A DNA stretch of 64,000 nucleotides from the human T2T-CHM13v2.0 reference genome, Homo sapiens: NCBI RefSeq assembly GCF_009914755.1, contig NC_060940.1; one strand, 5' to 3'. Below the pieces are notes generated by a model that saw only the letters and a list, made by a program, of their open reading frames with translations, was not told where the DNA came from and did no database searches. A program made the position numbers and the translations under genes. Every line of letters begins with the position of its first letter. The stretch's first letter is position 1. Of this stretch, positions 37,737 to 50,095 are shown in pieces.

Positions 37737-38485
37737 CTGTCAGGAGAGAAGACAGCTGTGTTAGCCTGGGGGCTGGGTAGGCACCCGTGGGACACGGGGG
37801 CGTGAGCTGGGGCTCCCCCAGCCCTGCTGTCACCAAACCCAGCGCCGCTGCCCAGCGCTGGGATTTTAAGGAACCTTCCCTTGTGTACTTGCGCATGTGG
37901 GTGCCGGGTGCCCGAGGCGCTGTCTTCAACTGAAATGCGGAAGTGCCACATCCCACTCGGCCCACCCCTCGCCTGCTTCAGAACCCTGGGGAGGCAGAGT
38001 GCGGCCCCTGGGGCACACGAACCAGGCCCTGGTGTCTCAGCAAAGTGCAACGGGGGGATGACAGGCCTTCCTGCAGGTCCACACCCGGGCCACCACCTGG
38101 ACACATGCCTGGACTGTTCACAGCAGGCAGGGCCGGAGGGGCCAATCTGCTAACGGGTCCTCGGAAGACCTGTCGCGCCTGGGACTGTCTACAGAGACAT
38201 CACTCTGTGGAGGGGGACTGCTTTCAGGATAGAGACGGGGGTTTGCTTTAAGCTCTTGGTGTCCTGAATGACAGTTAATGCAGATCCCACTGCAAAGCTT
38301 GAGGCAAATGTTCTACCATGACCCTGGCAGTGATCAGAGTGTGGGGTAGGGGTGGGGGGTCTCCCTGCCTGTGTTGCTGCCATCCCGGGAATTCTCCAAG
38401 CCACCCAGTGACATGGGGATCAGCATGTAGGCCCGCAAGCACCCCGGCCTTTTTCTACGAGCCTGGCCACATTTGCAGGCGCTGA

Positions 38486-38820
<335 letters not shown>

Positions 38821-39124
38821 TCTTTCTGCCTTTCTGGGTAAGTCTGCTGTGTCCGCTGGTGGCAGCCAGCAGGATTTTGTTACTTGGCAGCAGTAGCCTG
38901 GTTTTCCGGAATCCCTCGTCCTGAGAGATTAGCTGGTGCTGCGCTGTGTGTCTTATCCCTGAACCATGTGGGCTGCGTGTCACTGGCGGACACTGCAGTG
39001 ACCTGAACCCTCCTGCCACCCAACACGCTTCGCCCCATGTGGGTGGAGACGGCCGACGCCTCTCAACTCCCTTCGCTGCCCAGGGCAGAGGGTACCACGG
39101 GCTGTGGGCCAGCGAGATACTCAC

Positions 39125-39302
39125 AGATGCCCTGGAGGAGCCACTTGGGCTTGTTTTTCCACCAGACCCCGAAGAAGTAGACGGGCAGCCCGCTGAGGAT
39201 GATGGTGAAGCCGATGCCACACTCCACGGGTGTCTTCCAGAAGGAGACGGCGATCAGGAAGAGGCAGGCCAGGATGAAGAACACAGGCAGGGCCAGGTTC
39301 AC
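39125..39302 (-). CDS. SLC7A5: SLC7A5 exon 9, 178 nt
   Basis: VNLALPVFFILACLFLIAVSFWKTPVECGIGFTIILSGLPVYFFGVWWKNKPKWLLQGI; CAG acceptor, GTGAGT donor. Confidence 0.98.
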
Positions 39303-39371
39303 CTGGGGCAGAGGACAGGGCCTGGGTGAGCCCTCTCCTGTCCAGCCTCCCTCCCCCATGCCCCGAGGTTC
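39303..39371 (-). ncRNA. MIR6775: MIR6775 tailed-mirtron hairpin at the 3' end of intron 8
   Basis: The 3p arm AGGCCCUGUCCUCUGCCCCAG (39323-39303) ends exactly at the intron AG. The G-rich 5p arm UCGGGGCAUGGGGGAGGGAGGCUGG (39366-39342) pairs with it. Both match recalled mature sequences. Confidence 0.88.
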
Positions 39372-40202
39372 CTCAGCCCTCCTGGGCCCTCCACACCCAC
39401 GGCTGCTGACTTCCAGGTCACCAAGATGCGATCTGCACTCCATCTGCCTCACACACCGGGCTGTCCCGCCCTCGACTCTGCATACAGTGCTGGGCATGTT
39501 GCCAGGGGCTCAGGCGGCTTATGATGAGGGATGGAAGGAGACAGCTTCGTCTCCCGAGGCCTCCCACGGGCAGGGAAGGTCACGGCTCCATTCCCACATC
39601 ACAGGCCTGGAAACCCTGAGCCGCCAGGACGCACAGGGGCCTGATGCTTCCAGGAGACAGTGGCCACCCACTAATAAGCCAGGAGACCACCCTCTTGGAG
39701 ACGCCGCTGTGGACAGCGCTGAGCAAAAGCCCATCCCTGAAGCTGCAGCCTAAACTGTCACCTTCAGCAGATGAGCTCCACCCGGCACAGAAGCCAGGCA
39801 GGGCTGCAAGGAGCCTGCAGGCCGCAACCTGCGGCTCGGCATGGCTGGGGGATTGACTCAGCTGTCCTGAATCCATACTTGGACAGGGCACCCTGGGAGA
39901 TGCAGGGCTGACCACAGGTCCCAGCCCATCAGTGTGGGCTGCATGACTGCCCTGTCCCCAGGGAACAGACGCCAACCCGTGCCCAGGCTCACAACAGTGG
40001 GTAGAGCCTACCCCATGCCCAGGTCCCCATGGGGGCTGAGCCCCCGCTGTGCGCAGTGACTGCCCTGTGCCCTAGGCAGTGCCCCAGGCTGGCACAGCAG
40101 GCACAAGCTGGTGCCCATGTAGGGCGGCTCCTCCCTGCCCTCTGCAGCCTTCTCTTGGGGCAGCATCTGGGTTCTTGTGCTGACTGTATTTTAAAGCCCC
40201 TG

Positions 40203-40483
40203 TTTTTTTTGTTTGTTTGAGACGGAGTCTCACTCTGTCGTCCAGGCTGGAGTACAGTGGCGCGACCTCGGCCTCCCAGGTTCATGCCATTCTCCTGCCT
40301 CCACCTCCCGAGTAGCTGCAACTACAGGCGCCCGCCACCACGCCCAGCTAATTTTTTTGTATTTTTAGTAGAGACGGGGTTTCACCGTGTTAGCCAGGAT
40401 GGTCTCTATCTCCTGACTTTGTGATCTGCCCGCCTCGGCCTCCCAAAGTGCTGGGATTACAGGCGTGAGCCACCGCGCCCGGC
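40203..40483 (-). mobile_element. AluY-like with a small internal deletion, intron 8
   Basis: Alu consensus; flanked by taaagccc repeats. Confidence 0.88.
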
Positions 40484-41208
40484 CTAAAGCCCGTTCAACA
40501 GCATTCACAGGCACCCCCGGGGCCCCCAGGCTTCGGGAACACAGAGGGAGAGATGGTCCGGGCAGGGAAGCAGGGGCTACTGTGACAGCCATAGGCCAGC
40601 TGAGTGACAAAAGCTGCTGGGTAGCAGCCACCAGGGGCTCTGGCTTCTTGTTCTGTGTCAGGGCCAGGGCGGCGGGACTTGCTGGGCCCCAGGCAAGAGC
40701 ATGGCCTCTGCTGGACGGCCCCGTTTTTGGAGAAGGCAGCCCACAGATAACAGCTACCCCTCTGAATGAGCCGCTGGGGACGGGGAGAGTCCAGGAGAGT
40801 CCAGCTGGGCCCAGGTGCTCCTCGGGCCGGGTTCCCTGCATTCCTCCTGCCAGCACAGCCCCGACGGCCCTTTGAATGCTGCGCCAGGCCCGGCTCTGCC
40901 CCGCCCCTGCCGGGGCTCACCACCGCCCACCTATGACTGCAGTGTCCTTATCTGCTTCCCTCCACCCAACGGAGCACAAGCTCTGTGCCATCTGCTGTCC
41001 TTTGAGGAACCCCGGCTCCTGCAGTCACACTTGGCACCCTCGTAGCTGGTGGTCAAGTCATCACCGGAATTAGTCGACCCAGGTGCATGCAGGCAGGGGC
41101 AGGTCCAGAGGCTGAGCTGGGATGCTGGCTCCCAACTCAGGGTCCTTAGGACCCACGGACCCTGCCTCTGTGAAGGGTGCCTGGGTGAGCGGGAGGCCCC
41201 GGGCTCAC

Positions 41209-41358
41209 CTTGATGGGCCGCTCAAGCTCAGGCTTTCTGTGGCGCAGCCAGATCATGCCGATGATGGCCAGGGCCACGCAGAGCCAGTTGAAGAAGCTGA
41301 AGAAGTTGATGACGGAGAAGATGTCCTTGGAGAAGGCGTAGAGCAGCGTCATCACACA
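41209..41358 (-). CDS. SLC7A5: SLC7A5 exon 8, 150 nt
   Basis: [50 protein letters not shown]; CAG acceptor, GTGAGC donor. Confidence 0.98.
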
Positions 41359-41518
41359 CTGGAAGAGAGAGGCGGCTGGCTGAGCCCTGGGGCCCACGAG
41401 CAGGGCTGTGGACGGCTGTGGTGGCCACCGGGGACTGTCCAGCCTGGCTGGGCCCAGCTGAGCACCAGGGAATTTTGTTTTAAGGGAGAAACCTCATCTG
41501 AGCAACATGCAAGGTCTT

Positions 41519-41618
41519 GAAGGAGGAAAGGAGGGAAGGAGGGAGGAGAGGAGGAGGGAAGAGGCGGGGAGGAGGGAAGGAGGGAGGAGAGGAGGGAAGG
41601 AGGGAGGAGAGGAGGAAA
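41519..41618 (+). repeat. GA-rich polypurine low-complexity tract, intron 7
   Basis: About 100 nt of almost pure G/A (GGAG/GGGA). Confidence 0.9.
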
Positions 41619-42556
41619 TGGAGACCACATTTGGGTTAAGGACAGGTGAAGAACACAGTGTACATACACAGCTGGGCTCTGCTGGACTGTGGCTCTGTGT
41701 GCGAGGGCCACGACCTGACCTAACCCAGTGGTCACCAAGAAAACAGTTTCTGTAACCCCCGGCACAGCCGTGCTCCCGAGGACCGTGCAGCTGCCAAAGA
41801 GTCCAGGACTTGCTGCCCTTCCTGACTGGCTTCTAACTCAGGGAAGGAGTAGTAAGCAAGGGCCAGGACCTCTGAGGCCAGCCCACAGCTGCCAGACCCC
41901 AGCTTCCTCTGCTGTATCTCACTGGCTTTGGGGGAAGCAGCCTGTTGGGGGAGCCCAGTGTGCTCAGGGGCGGGGCCTGCAGCCCACAGCCCTGGAGGAA
42001 GCCACTGTGGGAGTGGCCTCTCCAGCCCTGGTCACACCCTACGATGAGAACACAGCTTCAGGCACCAGCTCCCTGAATTCCTGACTTACGGAAACTGTGA
42101 GATAATAAGTGCTTTTCCTTTTAGAACACTACATTTTGGAGTGATGTGTGACACAGCCAGAGGGAACAAAGGCAGTCACGCGGGCTGGCACGGAAAGATG
42201 CGGGAGAAGCGGAAGGAAACTGTGTGTGATGCACCCCGCTGAGAAACGAACAGAGTGGGCGCCCACGGAGGTGCAGTGAGCCAGGCGGCTGGCAGAGCAG
42301 CACCCCGGGTCAGCTTCTACCTCCCGCATTTCCGATGGTCTGAATCGTTTGTGGCAGCCACCATATATTGTTTTTGGAATAAAATCTAAAGCCCCTCCAG
42401 CGCTCTCTGGCATTCAGCGGAGCTCGGCAGGAGGCCACATTTGAGCTGTCACCCAGTCCACACCCCAGACACAGCTGCAAGCTGTGGCAGCCTCCCTCTG
42501 GGAGCCCCCGGACAACCCCCAGGGATGTAGGGCACAGGGCCGTGCAGCAGGCTTAC

Positions 42557-42653
42557 CGTGAACACGAGGGACGGCACGGGGGTGAGGAGCTGTGGGTGGA
42601 TCATGGAGAGGATGGAGGGCAGGTGGCCTTCCCGGGACCCCACGAAGAAGAGC
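42557..42653 (-). CDS. SLC7A5: SLC7A5 exon 7, 97 nt
   Basis: [32 protein letters not shown]; CAG acceptor, GTAAGC donor. Confidence 0.98.
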
Positions 42654-42907
42654 CTGTGGACAGACAAGAGTGGCAGAGTCAGCCACCACCCCACAACTCA
42701 GCACGTGGACAGGGGACACGCAGGCTGGGGAGTGGCAGGGCCTGTGCCTGGCTTGTCTGGGCCTCTCTGGCCACAGTGGGAACCAGGCCCCTCCAGCCGC
42801 TGGCTGTGGGCCTCTCAGTGCCCCCAACCAACTCGGCAAGGACAGCAACTTGGGAGCCACTGCTCACTCCAGCCCGGGGGGTCAAGCGGCGGCCACAGGG
42901 CATCTAG

Positions 42908-43298
<391 letters not shown>

Positions 43299-43419
43299 TA
43301 TTTGAGCAATTATGCATCCCCAGTATCACAGAGACAAACCTTTTACAGACATGGAACATGTTGAACCTGGCCATGAGGCCTGGGCCTCCCTCACCTGTGG
43401 TGGGTCGGGCTGTGCTCAC

Positions 43420-43523
43420 CTGGAGGATGTGAACAGGGACCCATTGACGGAGCCGAAGCAGGACAGGCCCACGAAGACGGGGATGATCCAGGACATGACG
43501 CCCAGGTGATAGTTCCCGAAGTC
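43420..43523 (-). CDS. SLC7A5: SLC7A5 exon 6, 104 nt
   Basis: [35 protein letters not shown]; TAG acceptor, GTGAGC donor. Confidence 0.98.
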
Positions 43524-44407
43524 CTAGGCAGGCACAACCAGTGAGCTGGGCCCCACCGGGCCGGCCCTCGCCCTCCCTGTGCTCACTAGGAGCCCTCTGC
43601 ACCGGGCCAGCCCTCGCCCTCTGTGCTCACAAGAGCCCTCTGCAGAGGACCTCTCAGGCTGGATTCTGGCCTCTGGGGGGACTTCCCAGGACAGGGCTTT
43701 CCAGTGACCCCTGCCCAGCCTGCTTGTTGGGGAGCCCTTGCTGGTCCTGATTTGCCCCCTCCTCTGGGACTCCCTGGAGCAAGCTACGGCCTGCAGGTGG
43801 GGATCTTGCCTTCCCCCCTGGGGTCCTCCACAGGCTCAGCACGGTGCCCTGCCGGCAGCGGGCTGGGAGTCAGAGCTTGTTCAGTAGGAAGCTGGCCAGA
43901 GCACCCACTCCCTGTTCCCCCAGCCCTGGGAGGGCAGTGGGAGGAGCCTCGGGAACTGCGAGGCCAGCCTGGCTGAGCTGCCCGGTGACACCGCCCGGGC
44001 CTGGCCTCCCGCCTGCCAAGCCAGCAGCAGCCGTGCCTTCTAACGAACCCCACTCTGTGGCAGACTCCAATCTTTCTGTACTCAGATTTAAAATGACCTC
44101 TGCCCTGGACTCCCCAGGCATTCTGGCTTATAGCTGGTTCTGGGTGTGGCTTGGTATCAGATTTTAAACCCTTCTCCCCTTTGACTCCCCCAGCAGCTGA
44201 GCTTGAGGATGATCCCCAGACACTTCCTCTGCGGTCGCTGTGAGGGGAGACCACCACTCCACCCCTCCGGGTAGGGGAGGCTTAGAGACGCGGGGCCCCC
44301 TCTGCGTAGGGGAGGCTTAGAGATGTGGGGCACCACTCCGGTCTGGAAGGGACGGGCTGGCCACAGCCTCTCAGGCCCCTGGTGGAAGCTGGCGGGTAGC
44401 GGCTCAC

Positions 44408-44531
44408 CACGGCCACGGCCTCGGACGACAGCATCTGCTCGGTGGACAGGGTGGTGAAGTAGGCCAGGTTGGTCAGCACGTACACCAGCGTCACGATGGG
44501 CAGGGAGATGATGATGGCCAGGGGCAGGTTT
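44408..44531 (-). CDS. SLC7A5: SLC7A5 exon 5, 124 nt
   Basis: [41 protein letters not shown]; CAG acceptor, GTGAGC donor. Confidence 0.98.
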
Positions 44532-45134
44532 CTGGAAAGAACAGGGACGACATGTCACCCAACGCAGCCCGGGCTGAAGGCCAAACCCTGTGCCCAGGAG
44601 CCAGGTGGGCTCCTCGCAAGCAGTAGCTCCAGCCTCTGTGCTGGGCTTCTCGGGGAAGGTGGGAAGCAGCAAGAGAGCACAGGCTGGCGGCAGGAGGCTG
44701 TGCCTGGAGCGGGACACTGCACAGCCCTGGCTGGTGCCTTGGCCGCGGCCTCAGCTTCCCCACCTGAGAAATGGGGATTCTTCGGGGTGACCTCAAGGGC
44801 TCAGGAGAGTTAAGTCAGGCCACCTGGTCTGAATTCTAAGGCTCTGCCCACGAGCTGCACAGCCGGGGACCAGAGCCGAGAGCCCAGGCAGCTCCTCTGT
44901 ACCGTCCCGCCCTGAGTGGGGCCCTCACTTGCCACCCGTTCTCTGGAGAAACCGTGCTCAAGGACACACGGCCAGAAGCCACCCGCCCCACATCCTGCTG
45001 GCCCCAGAGGCCCCAATCACGGCCCGACTGTGAACTGGCCTGAGCCGACCAACAGGCTTCGAGTGGAATGTGGCTGCTTCCTGCCTCACATTAAAATAAT
45101 GAAAAAAGACGGCTCCATCCATTCTTGCACGTAC

Positions 45135-45179
45135 CTGTAGGGGTTGATCATTTCCTCTGTGACGAAATTCAAGTAATTC
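45135..45179 (-). CDS. SLC7A5: SLC7A5 exon 4, 45 nt
   Basis: NYLNFVTEEMINPYR; TAG acceptor, GTACGT donor; phase matches exons 3 and 5. Confidence 0.97.
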
Positions 45180-45746
45180 CTAAAATTTAGAGAACAGCGT
45201 TCAAATTATCCTCATCAGGGAAAATAAATCACCGGGGAGAGAGCATCCCAGGGCAGCTGGTGAGCCTGCCCCCCGGCGGTCTGCTCGCTGGGCTGGAAAG
45301 CGGACCTGGAGTGGGAGCTCAGCCTCCTGCGTGTTCCGGGGGGTCCCTGCTACCCCTTCCAGGCCCTCCCGCACATTCCCTGCCTGTTCGCCCTACTGGG
45401 GTGATTCTCAGGTCCCTGTGAGGCCCACCTGAGCGCAGGAGTCAGGCTGGGGACCTGGAGGAAAGGGGCCGCAGGGCTCAGCCGCCTCCACCTGCCACCT
45501 TCGCCAAGACTGCGACGTGGAGCTAGAGCCAGAGTAGGGCTGCAGCGGGCGGCCTCCCCACGCTTCGTCGGGATGTGGGTGACTCTGGAGGGTCACCTGC
45601 CACTCTTTAACTGCCAAGGGGCAGTTAAAGGGAGGGGCAGTCCACTCCCTTTAACTGCCCCTTGATGGCTGGGAGATTTGGGATTCCTGGACACGTCAGG
45701 GACTGTATGTCCCCAGACCAAGGGACCCAGACATTCCAGAACCTAC

Positions 45747-45852
45747 CATCCTCCATAGGCAAAGAGGCCGCTGTATAATGCCAGCACAATGTTCCCCACA
45801 TCCAGTTTGGTGCCTTCAAATGAGAAGTTGGGATCTAGATTGGACACATCAC
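45747..45852 (-). CDS. SLC7A5: SLC7A5 exon 3, 106 nt
   Basis: GDVSNLDPNFSFEGTKLDVGNIVLALYSGLFAYGGW, containing the TM6 FAYGGW substrate-site motif, A246 and F252. CAG acceptor with a CTAAC branch point ~30 nt upstream; GTAGGT donor. Confidence 0.98.
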
Positions 45853-48054
45853 CTGGCAGGGCCAAAGAAAGGAATGCTGGGTTAGAGAGCGCTGAACAGA
45901 GGTCATGCTACCAGTTCTAGAATGTTCCTGGAGCAAAATACATAGCAAACAAAAATGCTGGAGTGAAGGCTTTTCACTGTGACAAATGGTATGTACCTGC
46001 TGAGCCACATGGAGGGTGCAGGGTTCCAACCACAACCAGGGGGATGTGGCCCTGCCAGAGGCCCTGTGCCCACCTGAGAGGGCACAGGCAGTTCTGACCA
46101 CTGCCCAGGAGGGCTCCTCAGACGCTTGTCTACAGGAGGTCAGGATGGAGGGGTCAACCAGCCCCAGTTGCCTTCAAGAAGGTTCCCTGAGACCTCACGA
46201 CATGAGTGTCAAGGCAGTATAAAGCCAGGAGACCTCGGTTTGCATCCTGGCTACGGCAACAAGGAAGGCCCAGAGCCACTAGGGCCCTGCTTCTTGGGGT
46301 GCGAGGAGCTCGGAACAGACTGCCCTCCCTCCAGGGCTGGCAGGACAGGCCTGGGCAAGAACATAGGTTTGTCCTGGACCGTGCTGAGTGTGTGGCCAGC
46401 TGCAGCCGGGGCAGGGGCAGGAGCAGGGCTGCCAGGGCCGAGAACGATCCCCGTGCTGTGTGCAGAGCTCTCTCCTTTGCCCTCTGAGGACACGCGTCAC
46501 TGGACTTCGTGACTGCTCCACCCTATTCCAGAAGGACCTCATTTCAAAACTTGAACTTCAGTCACATCTGCGAAGACCCTTTTTCCAAATAAGGCCACCA
46601 GCATTCACAGGTTCCCCAGGAGGACATGTCTTTTGGGGGAAGGGGTGTCTCCGGAAGGTCACGTGGCTGCTGGGACAGCACTGGCCCTTTCTGTGGCTGT
46701 TGCCTCCTCTGTGAAATGGGCCTGGTGTGTTCGAGCCCGGAATATATTGCCCAGACATCAGTCTCACAGACCACTGCGCTTCAGGAAGGAGAACTTGGAA
46801 AGAAGACCAAAGACACCACCGGAACAAAGGAGCCGGGTCCCCTCCTGCCTACCTGCCAGGTGCATATACAGCTGGAGGCACAAGTGGAAATCTTGGTCAG
46901 GCTGTGGACTGTTAGTTCATTAGAGAACCGTGTGTGACAGTATCCTTCCTGCTGGAAAGTCACCAGCCCGTCTCACAGGGCCAGGCAGGGACGGGCCCTG
47001 GGGCTGCTGTGTCCCAACATGTGGCCTTGGACCACAGGTCACCATGGGGGCCCAAGAAGGGGAACCACCTTGGTGGTCCAGGGAACACCGCAGAGTGACG
47101 AGGTGAGCAAATTTCAAAGGGGACCCGTGAAGGGAGGTTCCCATAAGACCTTGGCAATTACCCCAAACAAAGTGCGCACTTCAAAGGTGGCACCAGATTT
47201 CCTACGGCAGAGCCCACGGTGGGGTCCCTTCCTGATGGGTGGACCCAGTTCCTGTTTTGCACCTGCTTCCCCGTGGCGTGCTGGATGCCTGCGGCTCTGC
47301 CTCCAGCTCTGTCTGTCCCAGATGCCAGGTGTGCTGGGGCCTTTGATCTTCAGCCTACACTGGGGGTGCTGGTGGGTTCCCTGAGGGCTGCCCGCCACCC
47401 TGCCCTGCTGAGGCCTTGATCTCCTGAGAAGGAGCTCCAGGGCCCACTGCCTGCGTGTGATGTATCCTGGTCACCAGGTGGTCAGCAGGCGGAGCTTGAC
47501 TCTGCAGGCCTGGAGCGGGGGCAGCTCAGAGCAGCTCAGGACAGGGCACTTTGCACAGCACCTCGGCCAAGACGCCCACAGCCCCTCTGGCCTCTCTCCC
47601 GTCTGCTCTCTGATGGAATGTTCTGGAATGTGCAGACCCTTCACATCTGCATAGCCCTACTGTGTCTTGCCCACTTACTTCTGCTGGGGGGAGCATCTGT
47701 CCTACAAGTGGGGGAATGCAGACCTGCCAGGATGCTTGAGAATCAAGGTCCTGCCTCCCCCATCTGGCACTCATGGTGGGAGGGGGTGAAGGTGAGCCCT
47801 GGAGGCCAGAAACACGTGCCCCATTCACTGTGACCACCCCCGGACTCAGCCTGAGCTGATGGACAGGAGGCCTCAGTCCAAGGTCCCCGCCAGACACATC
47901 AATCCTCATAGCCGACCTCCAGCCTCATGACAGAAAGGCGGCTGATCCTACACAGAGGGCGGCTGCTTTTGCTAAGGACAATATACCGAGGCTTGACATG
48001 GTATGAGGTCTTCAGTCAGGAGCCAGATATTGGCAGCCCTAAGGCCTGAGTAAC

Positions 48055-48158
48055 TTTTTTTTTTTTTTTTTTTTTTTTTGAGACAGAGTTCCACCACGCC
48101 TGGCTAATTTTTGTATTTTTAGTAGAGATGGGGTTTCACCATGTTGGCCAGGCTGGTC
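48055..48158 (-). mobile_element. Heavily deleted Alu remnant, intron 2
   Basis: Poly-T and tgagacagag joined directly to the Alu linker. Confidence 0.8.
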
Positions 48159-48299
48159 CAGCTCTGCTTAAGGGTGGCCTGGAGGGTTGCAGGAGGGACC
48201 TGCTTGCAGCCCAGGGCAGCTGGACACAGGGAGGTCACCACACTCATCCAGTGACTCCACGCTACACACAGGGGAGAGACACACCAGAGGTGGGAGTTA

Positions 48300-48517
48300 G
48301 ACAGCGTTCAAACCCTGGGGGCAGCACCCCTGCACCTCTCAGCATGACCAGCGGGCATTCTGCACACCGGGAGACCTGGGCTGTCACGACGGCGGGGTAG
48401 GGCGCTACTGGCACGGAGCAGGAGGCCGGGGATGCTGCTGGATGTCCTGCAATGCACGGGACACCCCCACACAACAGAGAGCCCACGGTGGCAGAGGTGC
48501 CAGGCTGAGGCCCTGTG
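48300..48517 (+). mobile_element. Diverged MER20
   Basis: ggccggggatgctgctggatgtcctgcaatgcacgggaca motif. Confidence 0.6.
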
Positions 48518-49519
48518 CAAGAAGACCATGACAAGGCATCAGCCACGAGCCTCTACCCCTGCCGGGAGGACAGGACCAGCTCCTCTCAGCTTTCTCTCCC
48601 ATGGACCCTAGACTCGGGCGTGGTCCTGGCTTCGACATGAAGCCCCAGGCACTGGGCAGGACTGGAAGGAATGGCTGAGCGGCCCACTCATCCAGCAGCC
48701 ACCCAGCCTCCACACCTGACAGTCTGCTATCCAGTCAGCCTCCACCCACAAGGAGGGGACAGCGTGACAGGGAAGTGAGGAAGAGAATCACCGTGGACAG
48801 ACGGTGACATCTGCCAGAGCCCACAGAGACGCGAGAACAGACTCAGCGCAGAGCCTGAGTGGGGCCCTCCAGCCCCTTCCTTGTCCCTAAGAGGCATCTT
48901 CCTCAGGGGCTGGTGGAGCTGCCATGAAAGCAAACGCACAGCCAAACCCCGGGTGGGGGGAAGGCAAACTGCAAACGCCGCGGCGACCCCGGCACAGCAG
49001 CCCTGTCAGCAGGATTCCCCCGAGAGCGGGGTAATTGCGGTGGGAACGAGCGCTCCAAAGGCCCTGGGGAGATGATTTCAGGGAAAAGTGGCCTTGATCC
49101 CTGAGTCAGGCAGATGCGGCCATGGGAACCATCCACCCCGAGGCTGGAGGGGAGACTCAGCCAGTGGCTAAAGCCATCCTGCTGACGGGGCCCAGGGACG
49201 CCCCCAGTGGCCAAACGCACGTGGGAACGGGATCTTCCCCCTCCTCTGGGACGCGGCCAACCCTCCAAGCCTCTGGCTCCTGACTCAGAGGACGATGTCT
49301 CCCCATGAACGCAGTGTCCCTGGAGAGAAGAGCCTGCCCAGCGTGGGGAACATGGGAATGTGGAGATGGAGGGCATCCCGGAACCTCAGGGCTGACGGGC
49401 CCCTGCCCCAGCCCTGGAAACACCTCAGGGACAAGAGAGTCACTCCTCAAGCGCGGACTTTCCACTGTGCTGGGGCCTTCCGCCTTCCAACCACTCTGGC
49501 CCCTTGGGGCTCTAGGTGG

Positions 49520-49850
49520 AGTGTGCTGAACAGTGTCCCCAAAATTCACGTCCAGTGGAGCTACGGGATGTGTCCTAGCTGCAAATGCGGTCTCCGCAGG
49601 TGCAATTAGCGAAGGACCTTGAGATGAGATCATCCCGGATTAGAGTAGGCACTAAGACCGACGACAAGTGTCCTCAGCGACACAGAGACAGATCCAGGGG
49701 AGACAGAGCCAGAGCCAGCCCAGGATGCCTGGAGCCAAGGGCAGCTGGAAGGGGAAGGTGGCACCTTGGGTCTGGACCTCTGGCTGCCAGGACCGGGACC
49801 GTCTGCATGTCTGTTGCTAAAGCCAGTCTGTAGGCATCTGTCACCACACA
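49520..49850 (+). mobile_element. Diverged MLT1-family LTR
   Basis: tgaacagtgtccccaaaattcacgtc..ttgagatgagatcatcccggattag. Confidence 0.6.
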
Positions 49851-50095
49851 TGAGGGGCCAACCGTGCCACCCAGGGGAGACCTCCCTGGCTTCTCAGTGC
49901 ATCAGGCATAGTCAGGGGCAGGACAGCTGCAGCTCACACCCCACTTCTCAGTCACCAGCCGAGTGCACAGGCAATGGCACCTCATCTAAGAGGGGGCTGT
50001 GAGTCCCATGTGGTCAGCACCCTGGAGCTAGCTGCCCTGTGGGCTCAGGGAGGTCGTGCAGTGACCGCCACATGGGTTCAGTCCAGAGCCCAGGC

